A stretch of DNA of 57,462 nucleotides, the filler included, from Sphacelaria rigidula (Eukaryota), in the NCBI GenBank assembly GCA_964200075.2. It is 5 parts of 5 records of this genome, joined end to end, with 100 filler letters (N's around TTAATTAATTAA, not from the genome) between each part and the next. Parts side by side here need not be neighbours in the genome. Positions count along the whole stretch, not along the records: positions 34,539 to 45,950 come from CAXNAA020004948.1; positions 46,051 to 57,462 come from CAXNAA020004949.1; 3 more parts are not named here. The stretch is one strand, 5' to 3'. Of this stretch, positions 36,790-50,885 are shown piece by piece. The number at the start of each line of letters is the position of its first letter. Position 1 is the first letter of the stretch. A program made the position numbers and the translations under genes. The notes beneath the pieces were generated by a model. It worked only from the letters and a program-made list of their open reading frames with translations, was not told where the DNA came from and did no database searches.

Positions 36790-39700
36790 GGCAGGGGCAG
36801 CATGGGGTTGGTTCTGGGTCCGGTACCGCTGTAGGTGCTGCTGCTTCGCCACGGGCGGTGGAGGTGGGACCGACTTCTACAGTGTCGAACACTGCGCCGG
36901 CGTCGGTGGTGGCGCCGGCGGCGACACCGGCAGCAGCGCCAGGCGCGGCGCCTGCTGACGCGCTGGCCGGAGGTTCGCCAAATTCCTGGTCTGCTGGCTG
37001 GGGGTCATACCCGCCTGCGGTGCCGTTTGAACCTGCCGGGGCGTCTTCGCCTGCGCAGCTTGCGCAGCTTGTGCAGCCGTGGTGTCAAGTGGGATTAGCG
37101 GCGCATCGGTCGGCCAATAAATTTCCAGTGGAGTGTGCGGACAGATACGTTCCTGCGGAGCTGTGCCTTGCAAATCAACGGGAGCGCGGAGCCATTGCGG
37201 TTCAGGCTAAGTGGCATTCTGGCGCCCACTGGACGGGTCATGTGCGTCTGTCGATACAGATTGTAGAGATGTTGGAGCGTCTTCTCTCGGGTGTGCCACT
37301 GCGCATTCCGTTTTCGCTTGGGGCGCGGCAGGCCGTCACCGCGTCTTGTCAGCATGTTTACGTCACAGAGCGTACTGTTCCGCTGCAAGTGACTTCCACG
37401 ATCTCCTGGGGGGCGGCGCAGTTGCCTCCGATCTCGTTTGCGATCATGCCGGGGTCGGATGGCGTTATTCTTCTGGGGTTGTCGATGGTTCAGGACATTG
37501 GAGTCAACGCTCGGCGGTTCTGGGATTCTATCAAGACGCGGATGTCTCCGCCTGGCCCACGCTTGGAGACGACCGCCGTTTTGGGCAGTCGTCGCGTGAG
37601 CTTGTCGGTGGGATGCTTTTCAGGAGGCTGGAGGCCAGGTGACCCAAGAGCGGGATGCGGCGGTGGTACGCTCGGTAGAGCGCGGCCCGGAGCTGATAAG
37701 GATTCCGGCGGAAGAGGAGTCCGCTCGGAAGGTCGCGCTGGAGGACAGCGTGATGGATGCTGGGGTGACAGGTCTCAGCATCCCAAAATCGGAGCGCCTG
37801 CGCGGCGTATTGCATTGCCGCGTTAACGCGTTTCGTCGTGCGCTGCGGGGTGATCCCCCTGCGCGCGTGGAGCCCATGCGTGTTCAGCTACAACCTGGGG
37901 TGTCCGCGGCGAAGACGAAGCCGCGGCGGTACGATCCAGTGAAGTCGAGTTGGTTGGCGTTGTGCATGGCGGCTCTTTCGGCGCTCGGGTTGGTAGTACG
38001 GAGTTTGCAGGCGGGGTTGTCCAGTCCAGGTATGGTATTTTGCAAGAAGGCTGCATCGTGGACCGAGGTCAGGCTGCAGGCGTGGGCGGCAGCGAAGGAT
38101 CTGGTGGCTCATGCCGTGACCTGCTCCATTCTCATCCTGATTGTCAGGTGTCAACGTTTCCGGAGGTATTTGAGCGCCATTGGGATAGTTTGGTCACGCA
38201 GATGCCTACAGTTGAAATGCAGATGCCTGTGCGCGCTGTGGCTGTGTATGGTCCGTGTGAACCTGATGACTCGATGCCGTCCAAATCTGTTGTCCGCCAA
38301 GCGCAACAAAAAGACCTTGGGGCCGAAGATGCGGATGTGCAATCTTTCGAGTCGGACGTTGGTACTGCCATCTTGGACAATGAAGGTCTGTTTCGTGTGC
38401 ATGTGCGTGGCCGAAACGTTTTGTGGATTCCGAATTCTGACAAGCAGTTGCAGGTACGTCTGATGATGTGCGCGCACATGCGCGATGCCGGGCATCGTGG
38501 TGTGGCTGCGACGCTCGTGCGCTTGCAAGAGTTTTGTGTCTGGCAGGGGATAGAAACTCATGTGCGCGAATTTTTCCGTCGGTGTCTTCACTGTGCTGAC
38601 TCGAGGGCGGCCGATGTTGTTCTCCACCCGCTCGGCAAAACGGTGCATGGGACCACGCCGAATGACGTCGTTCATTTTGACTTCTTGGACGTGGGCGAGA
38701 GTGGCCCGCTAGCTTCCCAAGGTTTGTCGGAAGATGCTGCGTTTCGATATATTTTGGTAATCATGGATGATTTGAGCAACTTTCTTGCTCTGGAGCTAGT
38801 AGCAGTGTGTACTGCTGAATCGATCGCTGCATCTTCGCTGAATTGATGCAAACCTTTGGGGGTGCCGCGTGTGTGGGTGAGTGATACCGCCACGCATTTT
38901 AAGACTGCGATCTTGGACCGATTGCGGGAGGCTTCGCGCGTTGATCACTAGTTTGCGGTAGCGGTTTCTCCGTGGTCTAACGGTACGTGCGAATGCATGG
39001 TCAAGGGTGTAGTTCGTGCTCTTCGCTCTATCCGTCTCGAGCAGGGTAGAGCGGTTTCCGAGTGGGGGGACGTGTTGCCGACGGTGCAATAGGGGCTTAA
39101 TACAGCGTATCGTCGTCGTTACGATAGTATGCCGTACCACGGAATATTTGGTCGTGCCCCTCGGACGTCTTTCTCGGTGCTGGCGTCTTCGTCGGCGGGG
39201 GAATGGAAGTGTGATGTTCTGGACGATGTTCGAATTGAGCAAGGAGTCTTGGACTTGCAAGAACGTTTCCACGTTCAAGTGTAGGAACGTGTTGCCGCTG
39301 AACGTGCGCGTAGACGTGAGGGGTCCTCGTCGGGGCTGGAATTGCCGATTTTTGAGGTAGGCGACTATGTCTTGTATGCACGCGTGCGTCGTCCGGGTGT
39401 TACGCCCAAATTGATGGCGACTTAGACTTGTCCATGGAGAGTGGTTGGTGTTCACCACCCACACGTGTTTGAGATTGAGAACATTGGTTCAGGTCGTGTT
39501 CAGACCGCCCATTTAGCTCGCTGGCGTTTTTATGCAGATTCGCAGCTTAATGTTGCGGCTGACGTTAAGGACGTGTTCCAGCATGCTTTCAATCAGGGCT
39601 TATTTCAGATGGCTGGTATTGTCCGAGTGGCAGAAGCACACGATTGTTCGTTGATCTTGTTGGTCCACTGGATTGGTTTCGAAGTTGAGGAGCGTACGTG

Positions 39701-40150
39701 AGAGCCTTTCAAGAATATGTTTGAGGCCGCTCCGGAATTTCTCATGAAGGGGTTGCGTAAATTGCGCGCGAGTCGTGTCGTCGCTGCTCGCAGTTCGAGT
39801 GAGTTTGGTATTCAATTGTGACTTAGTCATCGTTCTGGCGTTTTCTATGTTTTAAGCTCGTTGATCGATTTTGGTTCAACGCGCTTTCGGGGTGCTGTGA
39901 CGAAAATACGCCGATACGTTGAGTCGGTAGTGATGATATGGATAATGACTGGGGGCGCGGAGATTCTGGAGGGTTCTGGATAATGGCCGGGGACACGGAT
40001 ATGGTTTCTGCAGGTCTAGCTGGTGCCCTGGAAGGTCACTCCTGAATAATGAGATGGTTGTAAAGGCTGACAGGTGAAACTGAGGCCAGTAAAACTGGGG
40101 AGTCCCTCAACAGCAGTGATCCAACAGTGCTTCCACTGGCTGGCGTCACA
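35692..40150 (+). mobile_element. Ty3/Gypsy chromodomain LTR retrotransposon, copy 2 (same RT/RNase H losses plus a gag deletion)
   Basis: 255-bp LTRs at 35692-35946 and 39896-40150; colinear with copy 1 throughout. Confidence 0.92.
36250..39821 (+). pseudogene. gag-pol remnant of copy 2
   Basis: CHCCGQIGHYACDC knuckle; protease DSG decayed to HSG; AHMRDAGH..CLHC; VHFDFL; LVHWIGFEVEERT chromodomain; many stops and frameshifts. Confidence 0.88.
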
Positions 40151-43100
40151 GCGGACAGATATTCCAATCGCTGGAGGTGGAAATAAGCTATGTCCAACAC
40201 GCGGCTTGGACATCGCTCATGTCCACCTCGAGTCGGTTGGCGGTGTTATTAGGCACTGTGCAGCAGGCGCGTTCCTCGTCCGCCACGAGGCCGTTTGCAC
40301 CATACGATGGCTTGAACGATGACTACGGGCTGTGTGAGTGTATTCCGGGTGTTGTGGTGTCGATGCAATGCACATGTGACGAAAGTGGGTGGGTAGTACA
40401 ATCCCAGCTGGAGGTGGGCATAACTGTTTCCAAGTCGCGATTTGGGAATAGCATTCCCCTTGAAAAAAATAGAAAAAAAGAGTTTTTTTTCCATGATTGA
40501 CTGTTTGGTATTGGAATTGCAAGTTCGGCCGTGAACGAAACTGACACCTGCAGAAACCGCGAAGGCACTCTGGGTCCTTTTTTTTGTGACATGACCGCCA
40601 CTCTCATTGAGATCACGGGTGCGGCCAAGATCAAAAGCGTTGTGGGGGTTCTCAAGGTCATCTAGAATGGTGTAGACGAATAAACCTCGTCAGTCCGAGA
40701 TGCCAACATCCGCCCAACCCTCTTTTCGGGCGAAAACCGACGGAGAAAGTCCGAAGTGCACTTGCCGACAATACTGCCTTTTACACATGAAAAAATGGCC
40801 GTGGGTCGGGACTCCATCGTAGGAGCTTTGGCGGGGCTTGTCAACACGTTAATAGTAGGTATGTCGGGTATTACAGTCCTGGAATGACGAAATCATGTAC
40901 ATAGATCAACGCCGGCAGAAAACAGTCATAGCATGTTTTTCCTGCTGTTACCAGCCCCGTTATGGTCGGGACCTTCACTACATACATCCCCGAGATTTTC
41001 ACCTAAAACGAAATCAAAATTAAAAAATACCATCATATCACATCACAAGAGGTCAGTTCATTGTTACATTTTTTTCGAGACTGAGAACGGGTGACTCCCG
41101 CAAACGAGTATCGAGTTTTCTTTTGTTTTTCAGGGAGTAGCATACGAGAGAAGTCTGCACACCTCTCGGCATCTTCATCGAAACGCACAATATCAGGAGG
41201 GAGGACATCTGCCATCAACACTCCATACCCTCATATTCTGACAACTGTGTCCTTAATAGCAGCGGAAAGTTCAGGTCGTGAAACCGTTCGAGAAAATGAC
41301 GACCGCCGATATCAATGCGGGCGTTGCGCCTTCGTCGTTCGATACCCAACAAATCGTCGCACTTTCTGTGAAAAACAGCCGGGAGGGATTCCCGCCCATC
41401 GAACCTTCCACGCCCCCACGGGTACATCTGCAGGTATTGGGTGGAGATGTCAAGCGCATAATATGAAAGACGACCGATCCTCCAATGATCCAAGATTACA
41501 TTTTTTAGTTTACATAGTCTTGATCCAGCCACACTGTAACTTTGTGGCAGCCTCACACTCGGTGTTGGCCGCTGTTGGGGCACATGAGGTGAAACATAGC
41601 GCGCATGGTGACGAATAGACGTCCAGAGGGTCAACGACCCTGAGTCGTGTCCCATTCGTGCACGAGGGGGGACATACATCGCGATAGTACGGGAAATGGG
41701 CCGTCGCCGCCGCTCTGCATGATCGATCGGCAAGCACCGGATGCAGCATTCTCGCGAGTATTCCACGAGGTCCGATTTTCTGTTGCTCATACGTCGGCAG
41801 CTTTTTGTAGAGCCACATTGTGCTCCCCTTGTCCAACAAAATCCCAGACTGCAACACTAAAAACATTATAACCTCTCCGTAGCCCCATTCATCCAACATA
41901 ATATCAAACATAATTCTTCTTCTTCGAGATGTCGGTCAATGTACGGGTATGAGGACGAGCATAAACGAAGGGAGGCAGCGGCGGATGACTCTTAGCGCAA
42001 ACCTGCTTCGCCAAATCTCTTGGTATCATAGCTGTGCGTTGACCACGCTTTCGCACATCGATAATCCGTGTGAAGTACCATTCCACTGCGTCCTGGCCCA
42101 CGACTCCGCCCGAAGCACATGATTTCTCCTACAAGGTGCTGCTATAACATTCACAGGCTTCACCCGCACCCGCCTCTGCTTCATCGCCGCTGTCACCTCC
42201 TGATTCCACTTCGTTCGTCATCGCCACTTCGAATCCTTCGCAGATCGGTATGCTTTGCGCGTCGATAGCCGGAATTCACCGCCCCTTTCACCCACACGTT
42301 ATGGGGTGGCAATCCTCCCCCAGCTTCGCTTACTTGGAGTTGCGTTTGCACCTGTGTTTCTCGGCCGCCAATAGGTTGCACCCGCACAGAAGACTGTTGA
42401 TCTTTCCCGTGGGATCGATGCGTGCGTGTTTAGATAGGTTGACAACAACAACATCGTCTTTCGTCATGAGCGTGTGTGTGTTCTCAGACGTTGTACTCCA
42501 GCCGCGATTGATGAAATCCACGTCTGTGTCACGGGCTTATTTATCATTTTCCAGTAGACTAGGTTTCATGTGTCATACTTCTGTCATGCTTGGTATCCGA
42601 TTGTCTACCCATGGATTCACAGAGCCTTAAGGATTGATCCCAACCAGCACCGCAGCAGTTAGCCTGTTCACCGATAATATAAGAAGCATCGACGCCATCA
42701 CGGACTGCGATATCATCGGTGTCGCTGGTCTTTTTCTAAAGTAAGCCTGATTCGCCTGTAGCTGGTGTTGTTTCGGGAATGCGCTCGACAAACTGCAGGT
42801 GGAGTGCGACTACATGTACATAACTTGAACCATTTTGCACGCACAACCATCCTCGAGCTCGGTCGGATCCTGGTGTTTGCATGTCTTTGAGGTTACTGCT
42901 CAGGTGCTCACAAACTGGCACCCTTTACCTCTAGACATCCACCACGTGATTCGTGACATCTATCATAGACTCCGCCACCCCCCCCCCCCCCCCCCCCCCC
43001 CACCCCCCCCCCCCCCCCCCCCGCGGCGCGGCGGGCGCCCCGCCCCCCCCCCCCGCCCCCCCCCCCCCCGGCGGCGNNNNNNNNNNCACCCTTTCCCCCC

Positions 43101-45950
43101 AACCCTCCCCCACGGGATTCGTGCCATCCATCCAAGCCCCCCCCCCCCCCCCCCCCCCCATCCAGTATTCCAGCACAGCCCAAGCCGCGGGGAAAGTGGC
43201 TTCCTCGCCCCCCCGCCAGGTATCAAAGACACGGCGTTGGAGGTTTCACAAGCCCATGTAACACCAAGGGGGGCACAGAGAGTTTCTCTGCATGAAGATT
43301 CCCGTTTTTCACCTGCAAACCGTTTCATGTGCATTGTGTTCAATTTCAAACATGAACCTGTGCATTGCAGTTTGGTTATATGCTGATTGCTTTATGCCAA
43401 TCCCAGCATAGTTTGGTATTACTTTTCGACAGTGTTTTCGCACGTTTGATCGAACCCAGAGCGACCACTTTCCCTCAGCTCTTGAGAGTCCTTCACATTG
43501 TGTGCAATAATTGAAAAAAATGAACTATTCAATATTTACAGCCCTTGTCAATTTCGGTGTAGTTCCGGTGATTGTACGGACGACAGCCAGTACAGTAGAG
43601 CAACGAAAGCTAGCTATGATCGAGTTTGTCTGGCGTACTGCCGCCAGCGTTGCTTGAAAGCCGCAAGACCTTTGCGGTGGGCGGTTGATGGCGTGGGTCT
43701 CAGATGCAACGAAAAGTGGTTGATCATAGAGCACTCTTGTTCCTCGTGAAACATATCTCGCCCAAGCTTGTAATGAATGACTTTCTCGCATGGGAATTCT
43801 CGAACGCTACCGCGACACACGCAGCGGGTGGGTGGGTGCTCAAGATTGCAGCAATGAGGCACCCACATGCGCCTCGCCAGCAACAGTTAGGTCACCACCA
43901 TAATATGTATCGTTTTCACTCCGCCTGACAAGAAGGTCTTTGTAAGAGTTTGATCTGCCATACATCCTTCCAACTGGCGTGTGACCCGCTCTTGTCGTCG
44001 CGGACGCACGGGTACACATGTTGGGTAAAAGCAGAGATGAATAACACCCCCCCGAGTTGCGGGTGGATCTGTGATTACCGCAGTACCGCCCTTGCTGGCA
44101 TATGTGTTACAGATAACAGTAGCGGTGACGGGAACATCGCGCTGTTTTTCAATGACTTGTTCCGCAGCGCACAGAGGCGCGTCCTGTCCAAAAAGGGAAC
44201 CAGAGAGGGATTGGTATTCGCATTGGTAAGCTCCCCAGAAAAGAAGATGTGACATCCCTCGGCACCTCGATGTTCTTTGGGGGGCTGTGCAGCATGTTGG
44301 AAAAATCTAGACGATGTAGTCTATATTCATTATGTTTGAATGAAGTTGTTGCAACAAAAGATAGCGGTACAATCTGTTGCGTTTCAACGAAACAATGAAC
44401 CACGTAAGACCGTTTCATTAGTGTCCTTTTCACAGAGAGTCCTTCTTTTGTGTTGATTTTTTTATAGTCTACCTGTGTGAATGACGTTGCTGGTAGGATA
44501 CTGCTACAGTAGTGATTTGTCAATGAAGGATACTCTAGCAGAGTATTAAGGCCACGTAAGCTACAGGATATCTTGTGTGCAACTTCGCAGTTAATCTAAG
44601 CTAGCAAGGCCACCGCGTCAGCAATAGCGAGGTTGAATTGAATGATACGATTAGACCTTACGTACGTGTAGAGTGTTGGATTCTTCTTCCAGGATTGAGC
44701 ATGGTTATATTCGGTGGTCTATCGCCCTTGCAGTCACTCTCCCAAGCTTACCAAGCTTACCCAGCTCTTCTTCATTTCCGCAGCACCCTGCTTGCAAAAG
44801 AGGCTGCCTTGATTTTGTTCGGCCGAAGTGAAGAGCGCCAAACACCATTTTTGTCTTTGGACTTTCTGCCTGCTGCAGAAGCAAGTGGTTTGACCACCAC
44901 TGTGCAACCTCTGCTAACCTACTGTCTCTGCGACGGTAGTCGGTCTGTTTCGAGAACAGTACCAAACGCCACGAGCCACCAATAATTCCAACAAATATCA
45001 AACAGCCTCTTTAGCACGCAGAGAGCTATAGAAGAAACTGGGCGATCGAGAGCAAGCCTCACAACATTCATCACTTCTTGGAACGATCATCAATTCCGTA
45101 CACGTACCTGTACGTGACGCCAAATCGTATCCTTTGATTCAACACTGACATGTTAGTCTTTCCCACTCTCATGCTATATCTACTACAATCTTAAACACAA
45201 GATACCCTTCTGCTTACGTGGACAAGGTATTGTACTAGAGTATCTTCGTGTGACAAATCATGGCAACACGTGCTCTAGCAGTATTATACTTCAAACGTCA
45301 CTCAGACCAGTAGACTCTAAAGAACGTTTTCGTGAAATTGAGAGTTGAAGGTACGATTGAGAGTGAAAAGCGGTCAAGCAGTATATAAGCCGTTTCAGTT
45401 CAGAAATGCACCTCCACCAGGCCCAGTATTCTCTCTGAAGTAGCTTGCCACTGATGTCCTCGATACCCCTGAGTGGGATATCGACGTGTAGCTGTAAGCA
45501 CATGGCAGTGATGAGTCGACGGAAAGGACACACGGAATGAAAAATTGGCCAAGTTAAACGAATGATCGAAGCCACTCTAAGTCCATATTCAACTCTCAAT
45601 CCCACGAAAAGCTTGTTTATACCGCCCTGATTCGAAATATGATGTCAACCCTGAAATGGCGAAATGCAAGGACGGTTTAGGCTTCACGTGAAATATGGAT
45701 GGAGCTACATTTGTTTTTCTGTAATAGAGCACTTGCTGGCCCTAAAACAAGACAATGGGATATTCCTTTATTGTTTTCAATTTTAAACCGGGGATGGTTA
45801 GCATTTATACCCGCATTTTGTACATATCGCCCTCCTCCCCCCCCTCCGTCCGTCCGTACGTTTTTCGTTCTTTCCCCACCGTTTTTTTTTTTTTTTTTTT
45901 TTGTGATTTGTACACTCTTTTTACCACCATATATTTATTTTTTCAACTTA

Positions 45951-46050
45951 NNNNNNNNNNNNNNNNNNNNNNNNNNNNNNNNNNNNNNNNNNNNTTAATT
46001 AATTAANNNNNNNNNNNNNNNNNNNNNNNNNNNNNNNNNNNNNNNNNNNN
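45951..46050. other. Artificial contig spacer
   Basis: N44-TTAATTAATTAA-N44. Confidence 0.97.
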
Positions 46051-46689
46051 CCCTTTCGGGCAGACACTCTCATCTTCACCCCCCCCCCCCCCCCCCCCGG
46101 GTCTCTATCAGGAGTAGGGACAGTGCTCTGTCTCGAAAGCAATGCGTGGTCATTGGTCAAACGACGAAGGGAAGCAACTAATGAGTACGGCGCCCCGCCC
46201 CTATCACTTATGCGGAAATTACTCCGTAACGGTGCAACCCAATGGTGTGGCGACAAAATGTTCCGTTGTACCCAAACTCTGGCAAAAGACGATCTCGCCC
46301 CCAATGCGTTACAGAATTGACGCTTGGACGGTAAGTGTGCAGTTCAACCCAATTTTTCCATCAATGAACACTTGGCAGTAGAGTCCTATTTACTTGGTAG
46401 GTACGTATAAGACTTTCCGACTTGGTTTTAGCGTGGACACCGAAATCCGGATCTTTAATCGGGGCTGTGCTACTAGCGTGCGCAGAACGCGTTTTCGTCT
46501 AAATCGGCGCCTGCGGCACCGGTTTGAGGTCTCGCAACGCGCCCTGTGCCTAGGGAACGCTCTGCACCTTCCCTTGCCCGAGCGTTCTGCATATACCTTC
46601 GTTGGGGTAAGGGTTAGGGATAGGGTACGAGTTAGAGTTATTCGAGATCATAAATTTCCGAGAAATTTCCATACCTACCAAATGGTGAA

Positions 46690-47140
46690 ATAACGTCACA
46701 CTTCGGGTAGCCGATTTCAACCCACTGGTCGCAAGATGCCATGGATCACTCCCGCATCGACCGCTGGACATGAGAAATCGGAACAACTTTTGCCACAACA
46801 CCTGCAACGCTGGCGTTTGTACGGAATAGCTTTTGCCCCCCACTTTTTTGTGCTCCGACAGATTTTTCGACACTCCCCTTTCAAGGGTCAAGTCTGCCGT
46901 CTCAAGGGATCAACCCATCTTCCCCCTGGTAGGTGCTCGACATTTTGGTCGAGGTTTGGATCAGCACTCCCGCACCGCATCGACTTTCATCATTTACCGC
47001 TCACATTCTGACGCTGTCAACGACGTGAACCAGATACTCCTCAGAAGAAGAAAAACAAATGTATATAGATTTGCGGGGATTTGAACCCTCAAGTTCGCCT
47101 CGACCGGCTTCAAGATATACCGGTTGCACCACCGTGACGC
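46690..47140 (-). mobile_element. Putative tRNA-derived SINE (3' boundary approximate)
   Basis: Minus strand A-box-like tggtgcaaccgg (47131-47120) and B-box ggttcaaatccc (47087-47076); body motif gaaagtcga(c/t)gcggtgcgg shared with ~17516-17545. Confidence 0.55.
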
Positions 47141-50100
47141 GGCGGCAGCGATATCACCCACGTATTTCATGCCGCGGCCGTTGCCTGTTGCTTGTTGCCA
47201 ATGCTGCAGTAGTTGAAAACATGATATGTCGTGCTCATGTACGCTTAAATTATCGTGCTCTTAGTGCGATCCTGCCACGACTGCGGTCGTTTCGCGGTTT
47301 TTGTTATTTTGGCAAAGGTGCACGGCGTTGCGAACACAGCATATGCCAGTAAGTTGCACGACAATTAGCCACAAGTAAGGCCGTCAGCCACTAGTCATGT
47401 TGATTAGTCAATGAATTGATTGGTTATTGCACACTGTGACTGTATATGGTCCACAAACACGGTGTACTGCTGGAGCGCGGGATATAGCTAGAGAACAAAA
47501 CAACTATCGGGACAGATGCATTCGAGGGGAAAGGCGAAGAGGCGAGAACGTGGGGGATGTACACTCGTACGACTCCCGACGACCGGATAGCCGGAAAGTC
47601 GTTCAAAACTAACCGCAGGAAAAAACGTCTTCTGGAATTCACGTCGAGAATGATTACATGTCAGTTCCCGAAGTTGAGGAGCAAACGGTAACAGCGATGC
47701 GTCCTGGTGAATGATGACCTGAAGACTCGCTTTCAACGGAACAAGACGTGTTTATATGTTGACCATTTGCATACGCGCACGCCTTCATTTTGCTCTATTT
47801 CCGTCATGAAGTATCCTTCAAGACCGATTCGTGTTCTCTTCCTAACCCTTGGCAAATTGAACATGTACCGAGACAGGATTTACTTGATTAAAATAGCGGA
47901 CAAAGCACGCAACAAAAGGCAGACCTCCTACACACAGATAGGGCGATTATGGCCAAGCGTTCGAACTCGGTACCCCCCAAAAATTGAGAACCTGTTGAAA
48001 ATTAGGCGAAGGACTAAAATATGGGACATGTCCTGTTCAACTTTACCGCAGCAGAAACACACTCACGCCCTCTCTCGTGTTCTGGAGATGTCACTGTTTT
48101 ACTGTGGTGTGTTTACGCATTGCGAAGACGGGTTGGATTGCCTGAGCCGCGATATATGTCGTTGTGATCGCCTCTGCATAAAATAATGTCAGTCGGCACG
48201 CAGTGCTGTCTGCACACCGCCGATGGTGTTATGGCTGTTCCATCTTCCACGAAATGAACAAAGCGCTTCCCGCTGCTGCGGTACTCTGTTTGGCTGGTCC
48301 TGTGCGTTGGTGCGATGTGCTGCTGTGTATTGTGTTGTGTTGAAACATGTAAGAGCGGACATCCTTGGTCGTAAGATTAGACCTCACGAATACTAGGTTC
48401 CAAACTACTCTACTGGTAATTCTCAACCCTTCAGCAACCGCGACCCACCAACAATCGAAGAGCCGGTGTGAGCGTTAGCGGATTATTGTTGTCATCACGG
48501 AAAAATACCAGTAAGCACATGTACGTATGCGTAGTTTTATAATAGTCCGATCTCGCCACCTGTTGGCACAAAATTTTACGGACAAAGGCTAAGTACTGTA
48601 GTGAACCAACAATACAGAAGTAGTCTGTTTCGCATGCACTTCACAGCCACAAGTGGCTCCCGGCATGTATGAGCGCGACAGTGACATGCGCTGGGAATAT
48701 TTGGCCATATTGCCCATCGAGTGGGATTGCTGGATGAGCAGAGTACGTTTCTCGTCGGTTTGTATGCCAGCACCGGTTTTTCGCCACTCGAGTACCGTGG
48801 AGATAAAAGTAGTGCGCTGACTGCGTGCGCACAGGGCAGTAACTGGCAACCGTTCCCGTAGATGCTCGTCACATCACCCCCTGCGTGCCCTTCTACCGCC
48901 GACTGAGCGGGATATGGGGTGGACTAGACGACACCACCGCAGCATCAGTAACCTCGTGTGCTTGCCTACTTCTTTCTCTTGCCAGTACACGTGTTCGTTT
49001 GGCTATACAGTGCGTTTCGACTGTAGGCTGCCCTGCCCTCTGGCGGGTCTGAAGTGGGGTCGGTGTTACGACGTTGCCATTCCGTCATGGAATCAACGAA
49101 TTAAACCGAAAAAAAGTGCTATTGACTGGGAGTTTAAGGACAGGTGACGTACAGTTGCGACACCCGGCTAGCGCGCTCTCTTCGCTTTCTTTCCAGCCAT
49201 TGGCTCTTCTTCCGTGGTTGTTCCAGCTTGGTCGGTATGCTATCCGATCTTCGCCCATGTAATTGGTGCACCATTCATAATAAAAGGAATACTTTCTCTT
49301 TCCCATATTTCAGGACCGCTTTTTTGTATATGGGCTCTTAATCGTGTGCGATTCTTCATTTGATATTTTTACGGCATTCTTTGGCGTTTTATTGGTTGAA
49401 ATCCATGTTCACAATGCGGCCGACGGCAAAAAAAAAAAGAGTGGGCCCTACATGGCCGTATTTCGCCCCCATTCCGAGGGCAAGAAAAAAAGGAAAGAAA
49501 ACACGGGGATAAAATGAAAAAGAAAAAGCTCGCACGTTCTTCGTTTCAGCTAACTTCGTGTACAGAGGCTGGCTGCGCCCCCATTCAAAACCACTCCGTT
49601 TAGATGTCACTCTTGTCCAACACGAAGATCACCGAAATCGGCCGACTTGGGCGAAATGGGGATTTGAAGTGCCCAAAGTTGGCGAAAATCGGGTCCATTT
49701 GAACGCGAATTTGTGAGTGCAATACGTTTCATTTTTGTTCCCATTCAATGAGCATCTCCTCTATTTTTTATCTTTCGGATTATCCTAGTGATGGCACACC
49801 AAGCACTCTTCCTTTCGGGAAATACGGTCTGGGCCCCAATTCGGTCGTGGCTCATGAGACAGGAATGTTGTATTACCCCGTCTCCACTCACGATACACCG
49901 GTTGCTAAGAGTTCAAGGGTGGGACAAATTGATGATTCGTCCGGAAATTACTTGATTTAAGTATAATTGATTCATACCGTACGAATCAATCCTTGAGCCT
50001 TGTTTCCAGCGTTGCAACCCAGGTACGCGCAGCCCAGGCACGTGGTATGGCGGAAAAATTGCGTAGAGATCTTTTTGACCAGCGGTCGACTTTTTTCATA

Positions 50101-50885
50101 TTTTTCGAGCAATCAGGCCTAAGAAATCGTGGATTTGGTGATTCGAACCGGCGATGATTTGTCCGAATCGTGTAAGAGTTAAAAAAAAACAAGTAAATGG
50201 TGGATCTGTGATTATATCTTGATTCAGCATCATATATGATCATACTGATCTTCATTATACACCATAGAACTCAAAACATCCCAACTGACGCTAAAATTGT
50301 TCGGTGGAACTGTCAGCCGGGGATACGGTTCCGGAAGGCGTTCCGATCACCAAGGCGGTACAGTACGAAGGACAGTGACCAGGAAAAGGTATCTCCCTTT
50401 GCTATCGGCCACTCAAGAGTACCTTGGTCAGAGACCTGGCTCGATTTCAGTTGTCAACGCGGAGATCAGGTTGTGTTGGCTCCCTTTCTAGACGTACGAC
50501 GAGAGAAGCGTAGGAAAGTACGCAGAATGGCGTTCAGCACAGCAACAAAGTTACTGCTTATCCGCGAGCGCTACTCTGTACCCTAAACAGCCCCGAAACG
50601 GCAAGATATACCTGGTCGCCTCTACTCTACTTGGGCTTTATTTTCTGGTCGAAATTCGCCGATTCCCGCCACTGTTACACCCCATGTTCGCCAAAGTATA
50701 TCCTGTGTGGACAAAGAGAGGTCTGTGGTGACAACTTTTCCAAGTGAGGACCCACGAAATTCTGAAAGAGTCGCATCCTCAGGGTGAGGCGGATACACAA
50801 ACGACAGCCTACAATACCAGGTATTACGGTAGCGTAGACATTGCCGCGTTGCCGCAAAAGGCATGCACCTTCTTCCCGCCCTCAC

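Noticed and set aside
28738-40150. Tandem LTR retrotransposon array or local duplication
   Set aside because: The copies lie on different contigs separated by an artificial spacer and have different flanks.
42835-43386. Formin/extensin-like Pro-rich ORF
   Set aside because: Poly-C runs around an N gap; likely artefact.
47070-47140. Functional tRNA gene
   Set aside because: A/B boxes are present but there is no convincing acceptor or anticodon stem; better explained as a SINE head.
48576-48872. SWIM/MULE transposase fragment (CQLLPCAHAV)
   Set aside because: Only half of the motif is present and there is no supporting upstream or downstream similarity.
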